64,000 nucleotides of DNA, taken from positions 64,001 to 128,000 of IMG/VR virus record IMGVR_UViG_3300025450_000015. One strand, 5' to 3'. Below, in pieces: positions 1 through 10,354 of the stretch; positions within the stretch are counted from its first letter, which is position 1; the number at the start of each line of letters is the position of its first letter. The position numbers were made by a program, and so were the translations under genes. This DNA is from a virus. The notes beneath the pieces are model-generated. The model was not told where the DNA came from. It ran no database searches and worked only from the letters and a program-made list of their open reading frames with translations.

Positions 1-53
1 GTCAAAATTTGACTGTTTTTTGCCTATATCACCCCGTTTTTTTAACATAGGTG

Positions 54-59
54 TAAATA
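54..59 (+). promoter_or_regulatory. Putative late promoter core (TAAATA) for the head operon
   Basis: TAAATA lies 39 nt before the ATG at 99, with an SD (AGGAG) in between. The same hexamer precedes many structural genes here and matches the 3' part of the T4 late promoter TATAAATA. Confidence 0.6.
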
Positions 60-98
60 TTACACAGCCTTGTATCTATAACAACAGGAGAATTTAAC

Positions 99-1166
99 AT
101 GACTGACCGTGCTCAATTTGAAGCCATGCTTGAAGCGTTAATCAATGACGACCAACAAGCGGCAAAAGAAATATTTCATAATATCGTAGTAGGCAAAAGC
201 CGTGAAATCTACGAAGAACTACTAGCAGAAGACTTTGGTATTGCTGGTACAAACAAAAAAGATTCCGGAAATCCATACACAGAAGAGATGGAAGAAAAGG
301 ATATGGAAGAAGAAAGCTCCGAAGATGACGGGGAAGACAAAGAAGAAAACCCATTCGGCGGCGATGATGCAGAAGATGATGCAGAAGATGATAGCGATGA
401 TGCAGAAGATGACAGCGATGATGCAGAAGATGACGCAGAAGATGATATGGATGACGCAGAAGATGACGCAGAAGCTATCGATCAAGATGCAGGCGACATG
501 GAAGATCGCGTAATGGATCTAGAAGATGCATTAGAAGATCTAAAAGCAGAATTTGAACAGCTATTGGCTGGTGAAGAACACGAAGAAGAAAACGAGCCAG
601 GTATCCATGGTGATGGCGCTCCAATGCACGATTTAGGTGCTGAGATGGGTGGTGACATGGGTAGTGACGATGATCATGAAATGGGCGGTTTAGATGAACT
701 AGCTCACATCATGGAATACGTTAACAAGATCGGTGCTCCATACGAATCAGGCAAAAACATTGCTGGTTCAACAGAAGGCGCACACGTTGGTGCTCAAGCT
801 GGTTCAGTTACAAGTAACATGAACAAGAAAAGTTCAATCGACGGACACATGGTAAACAACATGGGCGGCACTTCAGAAAACATTGCACAGAATCACGTAG
901 AAGTAAAAGGTGATGCTGGTACAAGAGCCGGCGGAACCAAAGGTGGTTTAGCTGATCCAAGCAATCCAAAACCATTAATCGGTGATACAATGAACCGTCC
1001 AGGTGGCGATGCTGGTAAGAAAGCGTTCCGTGATCGTCAAAATGGTTATGGTGGTGTAGACAGCAATGGCAATCAGAAAAAAGCACAAGGTAAAGAAGTA
1101 GGTGCTAAAGATTCTAATGGCCGTGGCGAAAGCAACACACAAAGCGTTTTACGTGCTCGTAAATAA
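99..1166 (+). CDS. Acidic prohead core protein (T4 gp67-like N-terminus)
   Basis: Lies immediately upstream of the prohead protease. It has a helical N-terminus (LEALINDDQQAAKEIFHNIV) resembling gp67-type core proteins, an extremely D/E-rich middle and a Gly/Asn-rich C-terminus. Confidence 0.6.
   Translation: MTDRAQFEAMLEALINDDQQAAKEIFHNIVVGKSREIYEELLAEDFGIAGTNKKDSGNPYTEEMEEKDMEEESSEDDGEDKEENPFGGDDAEDDAEDDSDDAEDDSDDAEDDAEDDMDDAEDDAEAIDQDAGDMEDRVMDLEDALEDLKAEFEQLLAGEEHEEENEPGIHGDGAPMHDLGAEMGGDMGSDDDHEMGGLDELAHIMEYVNKIGAPYESGKNIAGSTEGAHVGAQAGSVTSNMNKKSSIDGHMVNNMGGTSENIAQNHVEVKGDAGTRAGGTKGGLADPSNPKPLIGDTMNRPGGDAGKKAFRDRQNGYGGVDSNGNQKKAQGKEVGAKDSNGRGESNTQSVLRARK
361..474 (+). repeat. Coding tandem repeat (GATGAYGCAGAA, encoding DDAE units)
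   Basis: Imperfect 12-21 bp tandem units encode DDAEDDAEDDSDDAE within the core protein. Confidence 0.85.
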
Positions 1167-1187
1167 TTAAAAGAGACTATTAAAAGT

Positions 1188-1817
1188 ATGTCTTTATACC
1201 TCCGAGAGAATCTCAGTTTCAACGAAGCAAAAATGATCGTTGAATCTGATGACAAAGATGGGAAAAACTTGTACATGTCCGGGATTTGCATCCAGGGCGG
1301 TATTAAAAACGCCAACCAGCGTGTTTACCCTGTTAATGAGATTGGCAAGGCTGTTAAGACCCTTAACGATCAGATTCAAAACGGTTATTCAGTTCTCGGA
1401 GAAGTGGATCATCCAGATGATCTAAAAATTAACCTGGACCGTGTGTCACACATGATAGTTAATATGTGGATGGACGGTCCTAATGGTTACGGGAAGTTGA
1501 AAATACTTCCAACACCAATGGGACAACTAATCAAGACGATGCTAGAAAGCGGAGTCAAGTTAGGTGTTTCAAGTCGCGGATCCGGAAACGTCAAAGATGA
1601 CGGATCCGGTGAAGTATCAGATTTTGAGATTATCACAGTAGATATGGTAGCTCAACCTAGTGCTCCTGGAGCATATCCCACACCAATTTATGAACACCTG
1701 ATGAATAATCGCGGTGGTCTAAGTGCCTTGCGTATAGCGGAAGAGGTGAAAGGGGATCCTAAGGCACAGAAATATCTCAAAGAGAGCTTATTAGCGATAA
1801 TAAGCAGACTCCAATAA
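1188..1817 (+). CDS. Prohead core protease (T4 gp21-like)
   Basis: Motifs NANQRVYP, GEVDHP, VSHMI, GVSSRGSG and DMVAQPSAPGA; positioned before the scaffold and capsid genes. Confidence 0.95.
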   Translation: MSLYLRENLSFNEAKMIVESDDKDGKNLYMSGICIQGGIKNANQRVYPVNEIGKAVKTLNDQIQNGYSVLGEVDHPDDLKINLDRVSHMIVNMWMDGPNGYGKLKILPTPMGQLIKTMLESGVKLGVSSRGSGNVKDDGSGEVSDFEIITVDMVAQPSAPGAYPTPIYEHLMNNRGGLSALRIAEEVKGDPKAQKYLKESLLAIISRLQ

Positions 1818-1830
1818 CAAGGAGAATCAT

Positions 1831-2943
1831 ATGTTGGATGCACTAAAAAGTTTATTTGAAAACAATGTGATTTCTGTAGAGATTAAAGAGTCAATTGAGA
1901 AGGCGTTTGAAGCTAAGGTTAACGAAGCTAAGGAAACAGCCGCTCAACAATTACGTGAAGAGTTTGCACAAAAATATGAACACGATAAAGCAACAATGGT
2001 TGAAGCAATTGATCGTATGATCACTGATCAACTAGCTGTTGAAATCGTAGAATTTGCCGATGATCGCAATCAATTAGCTGAGATGAAAGTCAAGTATGCT
2101 AAGAAGATGAAGAAAGATGCCGAGATGATGAAGGAATTTGTTACTCGTCAACTAGCTCAAGAAGTTCGTGAACTTCATGAAGATCAAGTAAGAATGGCAA
2201 ATAAGTTTGGCGTGTTAGAACAATTTGTAGTTGAGGCTCTAGCTCAAGAAATTACAGAGTTTGGTCAAGACAAGAAGGATTTAGCAGAAACTAAAGTTCG
2301 CTTAATCCGTGAAGGTCGACAAGAAATCAAGAAGGTAAAAGAGCAATTTGTAACTCGTGCCGCTAAGATGGTTCAAGGTGTTGTAAGCGAAGGACTACGT
2401 TCTGAAATTACATCATTAAAAGAAGACATCGAAACAGCTCGTCGTGCAGATTTTGGTCGCAAGTTATTTGAAGCTTTTGCTCACGAATATCAAGCGTCTT
2501 ACCTAAATGAAAAATCGGAAACATCTAAATTACTCAAGGTTATAGACCTGAAAGATCAAGCTATGCAAGAGGCCGCTAAGGCAGTCGTACAAGCTGAGCA
2601 AATCCTAGAAAGTAAAGATGCAGAGATCCGTGCTTTGAAAGAAGCTAAAGAAAGAAAAGAAATCATGAGTGAATTGTTGGCGCCACTTAACAGTGAGCAA
2701 AAGCAAATCATGAGCGAGTTGATGGAGTCTGTGAAAACAGAACGTCTAAACGAAAGTTTTGAAAAGTACTTGCCAAGCGTTATCAATGGTAATGTTAGCA
2801 AGACTCCGCAGAAGAAACAGGCACTAGTAGAGGCTAAAGAAATAACCGGAAATAAGATTTCCAACAACCAAAATAGCAGTGGGTTAGATGGTGACAGTAG
2901 CAATATTGTTGACATTCGTAGACTTGCTGGACTAAAATTTTAA
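1831..2943 (+). CDS. Prohead scaffolding protein (gp22-like)
   Basis: E/K-rich coiled-coil protein between the protease and major capsid genes; SD GGAG; C-terminal DIRRLAGL. Confidence 0.85.
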   Translation: MLDALKSLFENNVISVEIKESIEKAFEAKVNEAKETAAQQLREEFAQKYEHDKATMVEAIDRMITDQLAVEIVEFADDRNQLAEMKVKYAKKMKKDAEMMKEFVTRQLAQEVRELHEDQVRMANKFGVLEQFVVEALAQEITEFGQDKKDLAETKVRLIREGRQEIKKVKEQFVTRAAKMVQGVVSEGLRSEITSLKEDIETARRADFGRKLFEAFAHEYQASYLNEKSETSKLLKVIDLKDQAMQEAAKAVVQAEQILESKDAEIRALKEAKERKEIMSELLAPLNSEQKQIMSELMESVKTERLNESFEKYLPSVINGNVSKTPQKKQALVEAKEITGNKISNNQNSSGLDGDSSNIVDIRRLAGLKF

Positions 2944-2955
2944 GGAGAAATTTAA

Positions 2956-4131
2956 ATGTCAGAACTATTAACAGGACGTTGGGCAGAAACTAAGGAAGCC
3001 CTATTAGAAGGCTTACAAGGCACAAAAAAATCAGTAATGGGTGTAACCCTAGAGAATACTCGCAAGTATTTGATGGAATCTCCAACTGCTGGTGCCACTT
3101 CTGCTGGTAACGTTGCAACTTTAAATCGCGTGATTCTTCCAGTAATCCGCCGCGTTATGCCTACCGTTATTGCTAACGAATTAGTAGGTGTACAACCAAT
3201 GACTGGTCCAGTAGGACAGATCCACACATTGCGTGTGCGTTATAGTGATACATCAACTGGTGCTAACGTACTAGCTGGTGAAGAGGCATTGAGCCCATTC
3301 AAGATTGCTAGTGCTTATTCTGGTAACGCTAACGACGCTTTTGCTAAGGCAGCTTCAACAGCTACTTTAGAAGGTGTTGCTGGTAACCGTTTAAGTATTC
3401 AAATCTTGAAGCAAACTGTTGAAGCAAAAACACGCAAGCTATCAGCTCGTTGGACATTTGAGTCAGCACAAGATGCTCAAGCACAACAAGGTATCGACGT
3501 TGAAGCAGAAGTAATGGCTGCTTTAGCACAAGAAATTACAGCTGAAATCGACCAAGAAATTATTTCTTCATTGATTTCTTTAGCTGGTACTGCAACACAA
3601 ACTTTTGACCAGTCACAAGTTTCTGGTACTGCAACATTCGTAGGTGACGAGCATGCCGCTCTAGCTGTTCAGATCAATCGCGTAAGCAACTTGATCGCTC
3701 AAAGAACACGTCGTGGCGCTGGTAATTATGCTGTTGTAAGCCCATTTGCATTAACAATTCTACAATCTGCTACTACTTCAGCTTTTGCTCGTACAACAGA
3801 AGGTACATTTGAAGCACCTACAAACACTAAGTTTGTTGGTACATTAAACAATGCAATGAAAGTGTATGTTAACAGCTACGCACAAGATGCTACACCAATC
3901 CTTATCGGATACAAAGGTGCAAGTGAATCAGATGCTCCTGCATTCTATTGCCCATATATTCCTTTAATGAGTTCTGGTGTTGTTCTTGACCCATCAACAT
4001 TCGAACCAGTCGTTTCATTCATGACACGTTATGGTTATGTTGAGTTGTCAAACACTGCATCATCTCTAGGTAACGCCGCTGACTATTTAGGTCTAGTTGC
4101 TATCACTGCCGCTAACGTTAAGTTCAGCTAA
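2956..4131 (+). CDS. Major capsid protein (T4 gp23-like)
   Basis: Motifs VGVQPMTGPVGQI, AKTRKLSARWT, EITAEIDQEII, IAQRTRRGAGN, FYCPYIPL and FMTRYG; strong SD AAGGAG. Confidence 0.97.
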   Translation: MSELLTGRWAETKEALLEGLQGTKKSVMGVTLENTRKYLMESPTAGATSAGNVATLNRVILPVIRRVMPTVIANELVGVQPMTGPVGQIHTLRVRYSDTSTGANVLAGEEALSPFKIASAYSGNANDAFAKAASTATLEGVAGNRLSIQILKQTVEAKTRKLSARWTFESAQDAQAQQGIDVEAEVMAALAQEITAEIDQEIISSLISLAGTATQTFDQSQVSGTATFVGDEHAALAVQINRVSNLIAQRTRRGAGNYAVVSPFALTILQSATTSAFARTTEGTFEAPTNTKFVGTLNNAMKVYVNSYAQDATPILIGYKGASESDAPAFYCPYIPLMSSGVVLDPSTFEPVVSFMTRYGYVELSNTASSLGNAADYLGLVAITAANVKFS

Positions 4132-4161
4132 TCTGATAACCAAGAGGTTAATTAGTAAATT

Positions 4162-4191
4162 AAAAAGTCCACTTCGGTGGACTTTTTTTTT
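4162..4191 (+). terminator. Rho-independent terminator after the major capsid gene
   Basis: AAAAAGTCCAC-TTCG-GTGGACTTTTT: a cUUCGg hairpin followed by a T9 tract. Confidence 0.92.
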
Positions 4192-4201
4192 CGGTAAATA
4201 T

Positions 4202-4792
4202 ATGATGACTACCACACAATTTTATAATCCGCAAACAGTTACAAATGTTAATGTATTAAATGAAATCATTAATACTCCTAGTATTGATTGGCAGTTTAAT
4301 AAGATTATATCAGAAAATAATTATGCAACAAGCAAACAACCGTTGTATACCATTAGTGGTATGTGGATGGAAAAGTTTCTTAGTAATACAAGTCAACTGT
4401 GGCTGACTAATTTAAAAATTCCATTGAAGGCAACCGCAGTACAGGGTATAGAATTTAAATTAAATCTTTTACGTGCAGGACGAATTGAAGATTTAGTAAT
4501 ACAATTAACACTGGGAGGTAATCTTATTGGAAATAATTATGCCAGTTTAATTAATCCTGTACAAAGTAATATGTATACAGGTGGAGGTCCTAACGATATT
4601 CCGCTAGTACCTGTGGGTGATTTTAATATATATGGCGGTCCTGCAGATTTATGGGGTACAACTGGGCTTACAGCGGCCAACATTAGTGATCCTACATTTG
4701 GAGTTGTAATTAGTTTTAAAAGCAACAGTATATACCCTCACAGAGACACAGCTTATATAGATCAAATAGGTGTAAGAGTTACCTACGCATAA
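4202..4792 (+). CDS. Hypothetical virion-associated protein (start at ATG 4202 or 4205)
   Basis: The track ORF 4097-4792 overlaps the capsid gene and its terminator. In-frame ATGs at 4202 and 4205 follow TAAATA at 4195-4200. Confidence 0.7.
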   Translation: MMTTTQFYNPQTVTNVNVLNEIINTPSIDWQFNKIISENNYATSKQPLYTISGMWMEKFLSNTSQLWLTNLKIPLKATAVQGIEFKLNLLRAGRIEDLVIQLTLGGNLIGNNYASLINPVQSNMYTGGGPNDIPLVPVGDFNIYGGPADLWGTTGLTAANISDPTFGVVISFKSNSIYPHRDTAYIDQIGVRVTYA

Positions 4793-4804
4793 ATACATAG
4801 TAAC

Positions 4805-4862
4805 AACTCACATGGGGTGAGTTTTATGCAGAAATCCAACTGCGTACGGCCTAGAACGCCGT
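4805..4862 (+). ncRNA. Candidate structured 5' leader (three adjacent hairpins)
   Basis: AACTCAC/GTGAGTT, TATGCAG/CTGCGTA and ACGGC/GCCGT stems lie between TAAATA (4790-4795) and the SD of the 4886 gene. Confidence 0.5.
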
Positions 4863-4885
4863 GTTTTTCATAAGGAGAAAACAAA

Positions 4886-6397
4886 ATGGGACGTCCTCTT
4901 AATAAAAAGTACTTTGGCTCACGTAATGCGTCAGCATCAGGTACATATAGCCGCTCTGCCGCAGTTGATGCCGGCATTGGTGGTTCAAATATTGCAAGTC
5001 TTGCAACAGGCGGTACACTAACAGGTTATACATCTGGTGCTCCAAGTTTATCAATCTTTGGTCCACAACTTGCTAACGGTGTACAAGCTACGGCAGTTGC
5101 AGTTTTAACAGCCGCAGCCGCAAGCATAACAAGTGGTGGTACAGGTTATCCAGCATCAAGTACATTTACAGTTTCAGTAACTGGTACAAGTGCTCAAGGC
5201 GGTGGTACAGCAGTATTGAACGTTACAACAAACGGTTCTGGCGTTATTACAACAGTTAACTCAGTAACTTCTGGCGGTACATGGACTGGCGCAACATCAG
5301 GTGCAACAGCTTTAACGGCAGTTGGTAGTACATTTACATCGGCCGCTACATTCACACTAACATCATTCACAATTACAAGTTATTCATTAACTAACAACGG
5401 TGGTGATGGTTATTTAGATTCTGCAGATACTAAGACTATGAGCATCACAGCAACTGACGGTAGTGGTAACATTACAGTTAGTTCGATTGATGAAATGATT
5501 GTTGGTATGAAATTTACACCAAGCCAATCAATCGGTGGGTTAACAGGTAGTACAGCTTACTATATCAAAACTGCTAACACAGCAACTAAAGTAGTTACAG
5601 TAAGTACTTCAGTTACTGGCGCAGGTGTTGGTACAGCCGCATCAACAACATCACAACCTAACAGTGCCGCATTGGCCGCAGTTAGCCAAACAGCCGGTCA
5701 GTTAACATATACAGCAACTACAACAGCTCTTCCAGTAGGAACAGCGATTGCAGTAACAGGTACACTAAGTGGTAACTTAACAGGTGTAACAAGCGGTACA
5801 ACATATTATGTTAGCTCAGCAGTTGCTCCAACAACTACAGCAGTTACATTAAGTACATCACTAGCAGGTGCTCTTGCCGGTACAGGTACTGTAACAGTTG
5901 GTGGTTCAACATCAACTGGTTTGACATTCACTTATACTGTAAGTGATTCTGTAACAATCGCTGGTTACACTCCAGTTGTAACATTAAGTTCTGGTTCAGC
6001 TACAGCTACAGCTACATTAGCCGCTCAAGTAACAAGTGGTTACACAGGACGTTACGAGCAGATTATTGCTAACGCCAACATTGGCGGAACATTGTATACC
6101 GATTGTGACATCATCAAACAAGAAGGTTCACGTACATTCCGTGTTATCCAACAAGGTGGTACATTCCCAGGTACATTGTGCAGGCTAACAGCAGTTGCTG
6201 AAAGCAGTTTGACTTCAGGTCAAATGGCAATCATTGCTACTGACAGTGCTGGTGGTATCTATGCTGTATCTAAGTTAACAAACCGTAAGGCATACTTAAC
6301 TCCAATTTCAGGTACACAGTTTACTACTGGACAAGCGGCACAATGGAATTTAACAACTCCGACCGCTAACGTTTCAGTAACACTAGATAACGCTTAA
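4886..6397 (+). CDS. Thr/Gly/Ser/Ala-rich virion structural protein (decoration or fibre)
   Basis: Strong SD (TAAGGAG), beta-rich composition, repeated GxTYY modules, its own promoter motif and a downstream hairpin. Confidence 0.7.
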   Translation: MGRPLNKKYFGSRNASASGTYSRSAAVDAGIGGSNIASLATGGTLTGYTSGAPSLSIFGPQLANGVQATAVAVLTAAAASITSGGTGYPASSTFTVSVTGTSAQGGGTAVLNVTTNGSGVITTVNSVTSGGTWTGATSGATALTAVGSTFTSAATFTLTSFTITSYSLTNNGGDGYLDSADTKTMSITATDGSGNITVSSIDEMIVGMKFTPSQSIGGLTGSTAYYIKTANTATKVVTVSTSVTGAGVGTAASTTSQPNSAALAAVSQTAGQLTYTATTTALPVGTAIAVTGTLSGNLTGVTSGTTYYVSSAVAPTTTAVTLSTSLAGALAGTGTVTVGGSTSTGLTFTYTVSDSVTIAGYTPVVTLSSGSATATATLAAQVTSGYTGRYEQIIANANIGGTLYTDCDIIKQEGSRTFRVIQQGGTFPGTLCRLTAVAESSLTSGQMAIIATDSAGGIYAVSKLTNRKAYLTPISGTQFTTGQAAQWNLTTPTANVSVTLDNA

Positions 6398-6406
6398 TAA
6401 ACTCAA

Positions 6407-6424
6407 TGGGGACTTCGGTCCCCA
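6407..6424 (+). terminator. cUUCGg hairpin (weak terminator or mRNA 3' stabiliser)
   Basis: TGGGGAC-TTCG-GTCCCCA with no clear U-tract afterwards. Confidence 0.6.
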
Positions 6425-6437
6425 ATTAGGATTCTAA

Positions 6438-7688
6438 ATGACAAGAGTTGTAAAAACAAACCAAGGCGATTACCACGTATTAGTTCAAAATGGTGGGACA
6501 ATTATTCTTGACCCTACTAGTTCTGGTCAAGTAACAGTCACTGGCAATCTTGTTGTTAATGGTACAACTACTACAATTAATTCGAGTACTTTAAACGTTG
6601 AAGTAAACGTATTACAAATCAATGCAGGACTAACTACTAACGGAATTCCTAGTGCATTAAGTTATCAATCTGGATTACAAATAGATAGGGGTGTTGCACA
6701 AGCGGCAGAATTATTATTTGATGAATCAGTAAGACATTATGATCCAACAACTGCTATAACTGCAACAAGTTATACTGCAACAGGATCAGCAGTAACATTT
6801 AATTTTTCAACACAGAGTTCTGTACCATTTCCAGTGGCTTCAAACGGAAGTACTGGATCTACCATTGTAGTTGCAGGGTTTACACCTTCAACATATAACG
6901 GAACATATACAGTAACAGCATGTACTACTAGTTCTGTTACATTTGCCAGTGCTGTGACTGGAACTATTACAACATTAGGTACTATCACTTTAAACAAAGG
7001 TGGTACATTTAAATTACAAACTGCTGACGGATCTTTGAGCGGATTAGAATTAAGAACAATCACAAGTGACGGAAATAATACTTTAATCATTGACATGCAA
7101 AGAGGAGCTCCTACTTTGCGTTTGGCTAATAGTACAACAGCCGCAGGAGTTCCATATTATCAACGTGTGTTAAGTGGTGACGATATTCCAAACGTGCAAT
7201 GGGTACAAACTTATATCGCATCTAACTATACATTAGGTTCAAGTACACCAGGTACTGCTACAGTTCAAACAATCCAACAGCCAGTCGGCGTTGCTATTGG
7301 TTCAGCCAATAGTGCTATTCAAGCGACCAGCTCAGGTCTTTTATTCCAGATAGCTGGTAGCACAGTCGTTACTATTAACAGTACAGGTGCTGTTTTAGGA
7401 AATTTATCAGTTGGATCAACAGCTAATCCTAATACTATTTCAAACTCTACCAATGCTAATTTAATTTTAACAACACAAAGTTCAACTTATCCTGTAGAAA
7501 TTAATGCAGTTGCTCAGTTGGACAACCAAGCAAGCACTCCTACTTATACTAGTGGTGGTACAAAATTATATTCTAGTACTACAATTGGCCCAGGAAGAAC
7601 TGGATTGTATTTGGTCAATTCTACCGTACAAACCGCAGACGAATTAATTAGTAGAAACCGAGCAGTACTGCTAAGTATTTTACTATAA
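6438..7688 (+). CDS. Tail/baseplate structural protein
   Basis: VTGNLVVNGTTTTINS fibre-type motif, SGLQIDRG, and an internal VAGFTPSTYNGTYTVT module. Confidence 0.7.
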   Translation: MTRVVKTNQGDYHVLVQNGGTIILDPTSSGQVTVTGNLVVNGTTTTINSSTLNVEVNVLQINAGLTTNGIPSALSYQSGLQIDRGVAQAAELLFDESVRHYDPTTAITATSYTATGSAVTFNFSTQSSVPFPVASNGSTGSTIVVAGFTPSTYNGTYTVTACTTSSVTFASAVTGTITTLGTITLNKGGTFKLQTADGSLSGLELRTITSDGNNTLIIDMQRGAPTLRLANSTTAAGVPYYQRVLSGDDIPNVQWVQTYIASNYTLGSSTPGTATVQTIQQPVGVAIGSANSAIQATSSGLLFQIAGSTVVTINSTGAVLGNLSVGSTANPNTISNSTNANLILTTQSSTYPVEINAVAQLDNQASTPTYTSGGTKLYSSTTIGPGRTGLYLVNSTVQTADELISRNRAVLLSILL

Positions 7689-7697
7689 GGACATAAC

Positions 7698-8036
7698 ATG
7701 CCATTAACATCACAGATAATCGGAACAACAAACACAACAGTTTATACTAGTACCGTAACTAGTCCTCAAATTGGTAATGCTATTACTTGTATGATTGTTT
7801 GCAACACAAGTGGATCAACTGCATCAAATTTAACATTGTATGCAGTTCCTAACAATGGCGGATCAGTAGGTACTGCTAGTACTTCTAATATGATCATTAA
7901 TGCTCTTGCAGTGCCTGCGGGTGAAACTGTAAGTTTAGATCAAGAGAAATTAGTTTTGAGTTCAAACGACACAATCGTAGCAGTTAGCAGTCAGGCTAGC
8001 ACTTTGAATATAACCATAAGCACATTGCCAGTATAA
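7698..8036 (+). CDS. Small virion beta-sandwich protein (paralogue of 12613 and 36618)
   Basis: 112 aa with the pattern YT...I.CNT...L...EKLVL...D.I...SS; coupled to the next gene through TAATG. Confidence 0.65.
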   Translation: MPLTSQIIGTTNTTVYTSTVTSPQIGNAITCMIVCNTSGSTASNLTLYAVPNNGGSVGTASTSNMIINALAVPAGETVSLDQEKLVLSSNDTIVAVSSQASTLNITISTLPV

Positions 8037-9241
8037 TGAGATTTCTTAAACAACAAACTCTTAGTCGTCGTGCAATTTTTGATACTACTGTATATTCAGA
8101 TACAGCAAATGCCAACGTCTATATAAGTCCTACCGGTGCAGGAAGCCTAGTACTTCCTAACGGCACAACTACACAACGTCCAGGTAGTCCAACATCTGGT
8201 ATGATGCGTTATAATACAACAACTAACGAAGCAGAAATTTATCAAGGTAGTACGTGGAGAGCTTTGCGTTTTAAAGAGGCTACACAAATTGTTCAACAAA
8301 ATTTAGGTGCTGGAGATAGTTCTAGTACATACTTTGGACCTTTGAATCCAGTATATTACAATCCAACAAATAAATCAAGCGATGTTACAAACTTTGGTGC
8401 ACAAAATGTTTTAGTCTATGTTGAAAACATTCCTCAGTTGTCAGGTATCAATTATACAGTTGTTCAAAATCCTACAATCATAGATGGAACTTATACACCA
8501 ACATTGAGTGTGGCTGCACCAAGTGGTTCGACAACATTATATTTTAATACAAGTGCTAATGCATCTGGTGCAAGTTGGTCAGGTAGTGTGGCAACATTAA
8601 CCTTTACTGGTTATTCATGGGTACCGTTTGCAGTTGGTGCAACTATCACTGTGACAGGATTTACTCCAAGCGGATACAACGGAGTCTTTACAGTAACAGC
8701 TAGTACAAGTTCTAGTGTTAGCTATGCATTGGCAAGTAACCCTGGAGCAGGAACAGTACCGGGAACAATTACAACTAGCGGAACAACTAATGGTTATGCA
8801 ACGTTTGTAGCAAGTCAAAGTACAACTGTAACTGCTGGTTCATTTATTCTAGGAACAACTTATACAATTACTTCAGCAGGTACTACAAACTTTACATTAA
8901 TTGGCGCGGCTAACAGCAACGTTGGTACAAGTTTTGTGGCAACTGGCGTAGGTAGTGGTACAGGTACCGCAACAACTGTTACTGGAGATATATCTGGAGC
9001 AACAGTAACAGGTACAAATATTCAAGCAAGCACTATAATAACAGCATTCACAACAGATCCAAACACAGATGCATTGACCAGTATTACAATCAACAAAGCA
9101 ACTACAACAAGCACATTGGCAGTTAATACACAAATTACAATTACTAGTTCAAGTACACTTGAGTCTGGTTATTATTTGCAATTTACTGCACCAGTACCTT
9201 ACGGAAAAACAGTTATTGCATTACTTGGCTTTGACCAGTAA
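8036..9241 (+). CDS. Tail/baseplate structural protein
   Basis: LPNGTTTQRP...GMMRYNTTT..EIYQGSTW fibre-base motif and an internal ITVTGFTPSGYNG module. Confidence 0.7.
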   Translation: MRFLKQQTLSRRAIFDTTVYSDTANANVYISPTGAGSLVLPNGTTTQRPGSPTSGMMRYNTTTNEAEIYQGSTWRALRFKEATQIVQQNLGAGDSSSTYFGPLNPVYYNPTNKSSDVTNFGAQNVLVYVENIPQLSGINYTVVQNPTIIDGTYTPTLSVAAPSGSTTLYFNTSANASGASWSGSVATLTFTGYSWVPFAVGATITVTGFTPSGYNGVFTVTASTSSSVSYALASNPGAGTVPGTITTSGTTNGYATFVASQSTTVTAGSFILGTTYTITSAGTTNFTLIGAANSNVGTSFVATGVGSGTGTATTVTGDISGATVTGTNIQASTIITAFTTDPNTDALTSITINKATTTSTLAVNTQITITSSSTLESGYYLQFTAPVPYGKTVIALLGFDQ

Positions 9242-9254
9242 TTAGGAGCCTACC

Positions 9255-10319
9255 ATGGGGCGAGAACTAGGTAGAATTAGCGGTCCGTTATTATCGGACA
9301 ATTTATTACGTAACGGTAATAACCTCGCCATTGACACTCAAGTTTTGTTTTTAGATGTTAATAACAAACGTGTCGGATTTAATACAACTACACCAGTTAA
9401 CGATCTTTATACTCCTACTGCAATAGATTCGGTCGGATTAACAGTTGATTCTACTGCCGACCTTGGCAATTTTGTCATTAGTACAAATAATATTCAAAAT
9501 GCTGTTGGCAATATTACTGTTAGTGGAACAACGGTTACTCCTGGTTTAACTACAAATAACCTATATTTACGTAGTAATATTATTGGTAATAATGTTGCAA
9601 ATGACAACATTAATATTACTGCGAACGGTTCAGGGTCAATCAATTTATCTAACGGAAATTCTAGTGTTCAAGTTACAGTGAGCGGAAATTTACATGCTAC
9701 TGGAAATGTAACTTTTGATGGAAATTTAACTTTAGGTACTAGCAATAGTAACACTATCAGTTTTACAGGCGAAATTAATAGTAATATTTTACCATCAACT
9801 ACTAACACCTATACGCTAGGATCTAATACAAATCAATGGAACAATGTTTATACAAATTCTTTTAGTGTAGGATCTACTACAGTTCCTACAACATCTGCTA
9901 CTACATTTAATGGCGGACAATTAAGTTTTAATGGTAGTACAATTACTAATACTACAGCCAGTACAAACACACAAATTTTGCCTACTGGTACTGGTATAAT
10001 TAGCCTAAACGGCACTCAGTTTACAGCAGTAAATCAAAATAGTATTACAAATCCATCGACGGGTGCGTTTCAATTTGTTCCAACGAGTAACGGATATTTC
10101 CAGTTTGGCGGTACGGATGGGGTAGCAATTCCGGCAGGAACAACAGCCCAAAGACCATTCAACGCTACTATAGGAATGATAAGATTTAATACAACTTTGG
10201 GCTATGGGGAATTTTTTAATGGCGGATCCTGGCAAGCCATTGGCGGAGCCAGTGCTACCCTAAGCCTTTCTCAAGTACAAACTATTATGCTTACAGATGC
10301 CATAATATTCGGCAGATAA
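9255..10319 (+). CDS. Tail fibre-like structural protein (paralogue of 10462)
   Basis: GRISGPLL.DNLLRNG N-terminus; IPAGTTAQRP..GMIRFNT..EFFNGGSW C-terminal motif. Confidence 0.7.
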   Translation: MGRELGRISGPLLSDNLLRNGNNLAIDTQVLFLDVNNKRVGFNTTTPVNDLYTPTAIDSVGLTVDSTADLGNFVISTNNIQNAVGNITVSGTTVTPGLTTNNLYLRSNIIGNNVANDNINITANGSGSINLSNGNSSVQVTVSGNLHATGNVTFDGNLTLGTSNSNTISFTGEINSNILPSTTNTYTLGSNTNQWNNVYTNSFSVGSTTVPTTSATTFNGGQLSFNGSTITNTTASTNTQILPTGTGIISLNGTQFTAVNQNSITNPSTGAFQFVPTSNGYFQFGGTDGVAIPAGTTAQRPFNATIGMIRFNTTLGYGEFFNGGSWQAIGGASATLSLSQVQTIMLTDAIIFGR

Positions 10320-10354
10320 TAACCCAAAAATTAAAAACAGCTAAATACATTGAT

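Noticed and set aside
4097-4201. 5' extension of ORF 4097-4792 in the track
   Set aside because: It overlaps the capsid gene and runs through its terminator; the ATG at 4202 or 4205 after TAAATA is more plausible.
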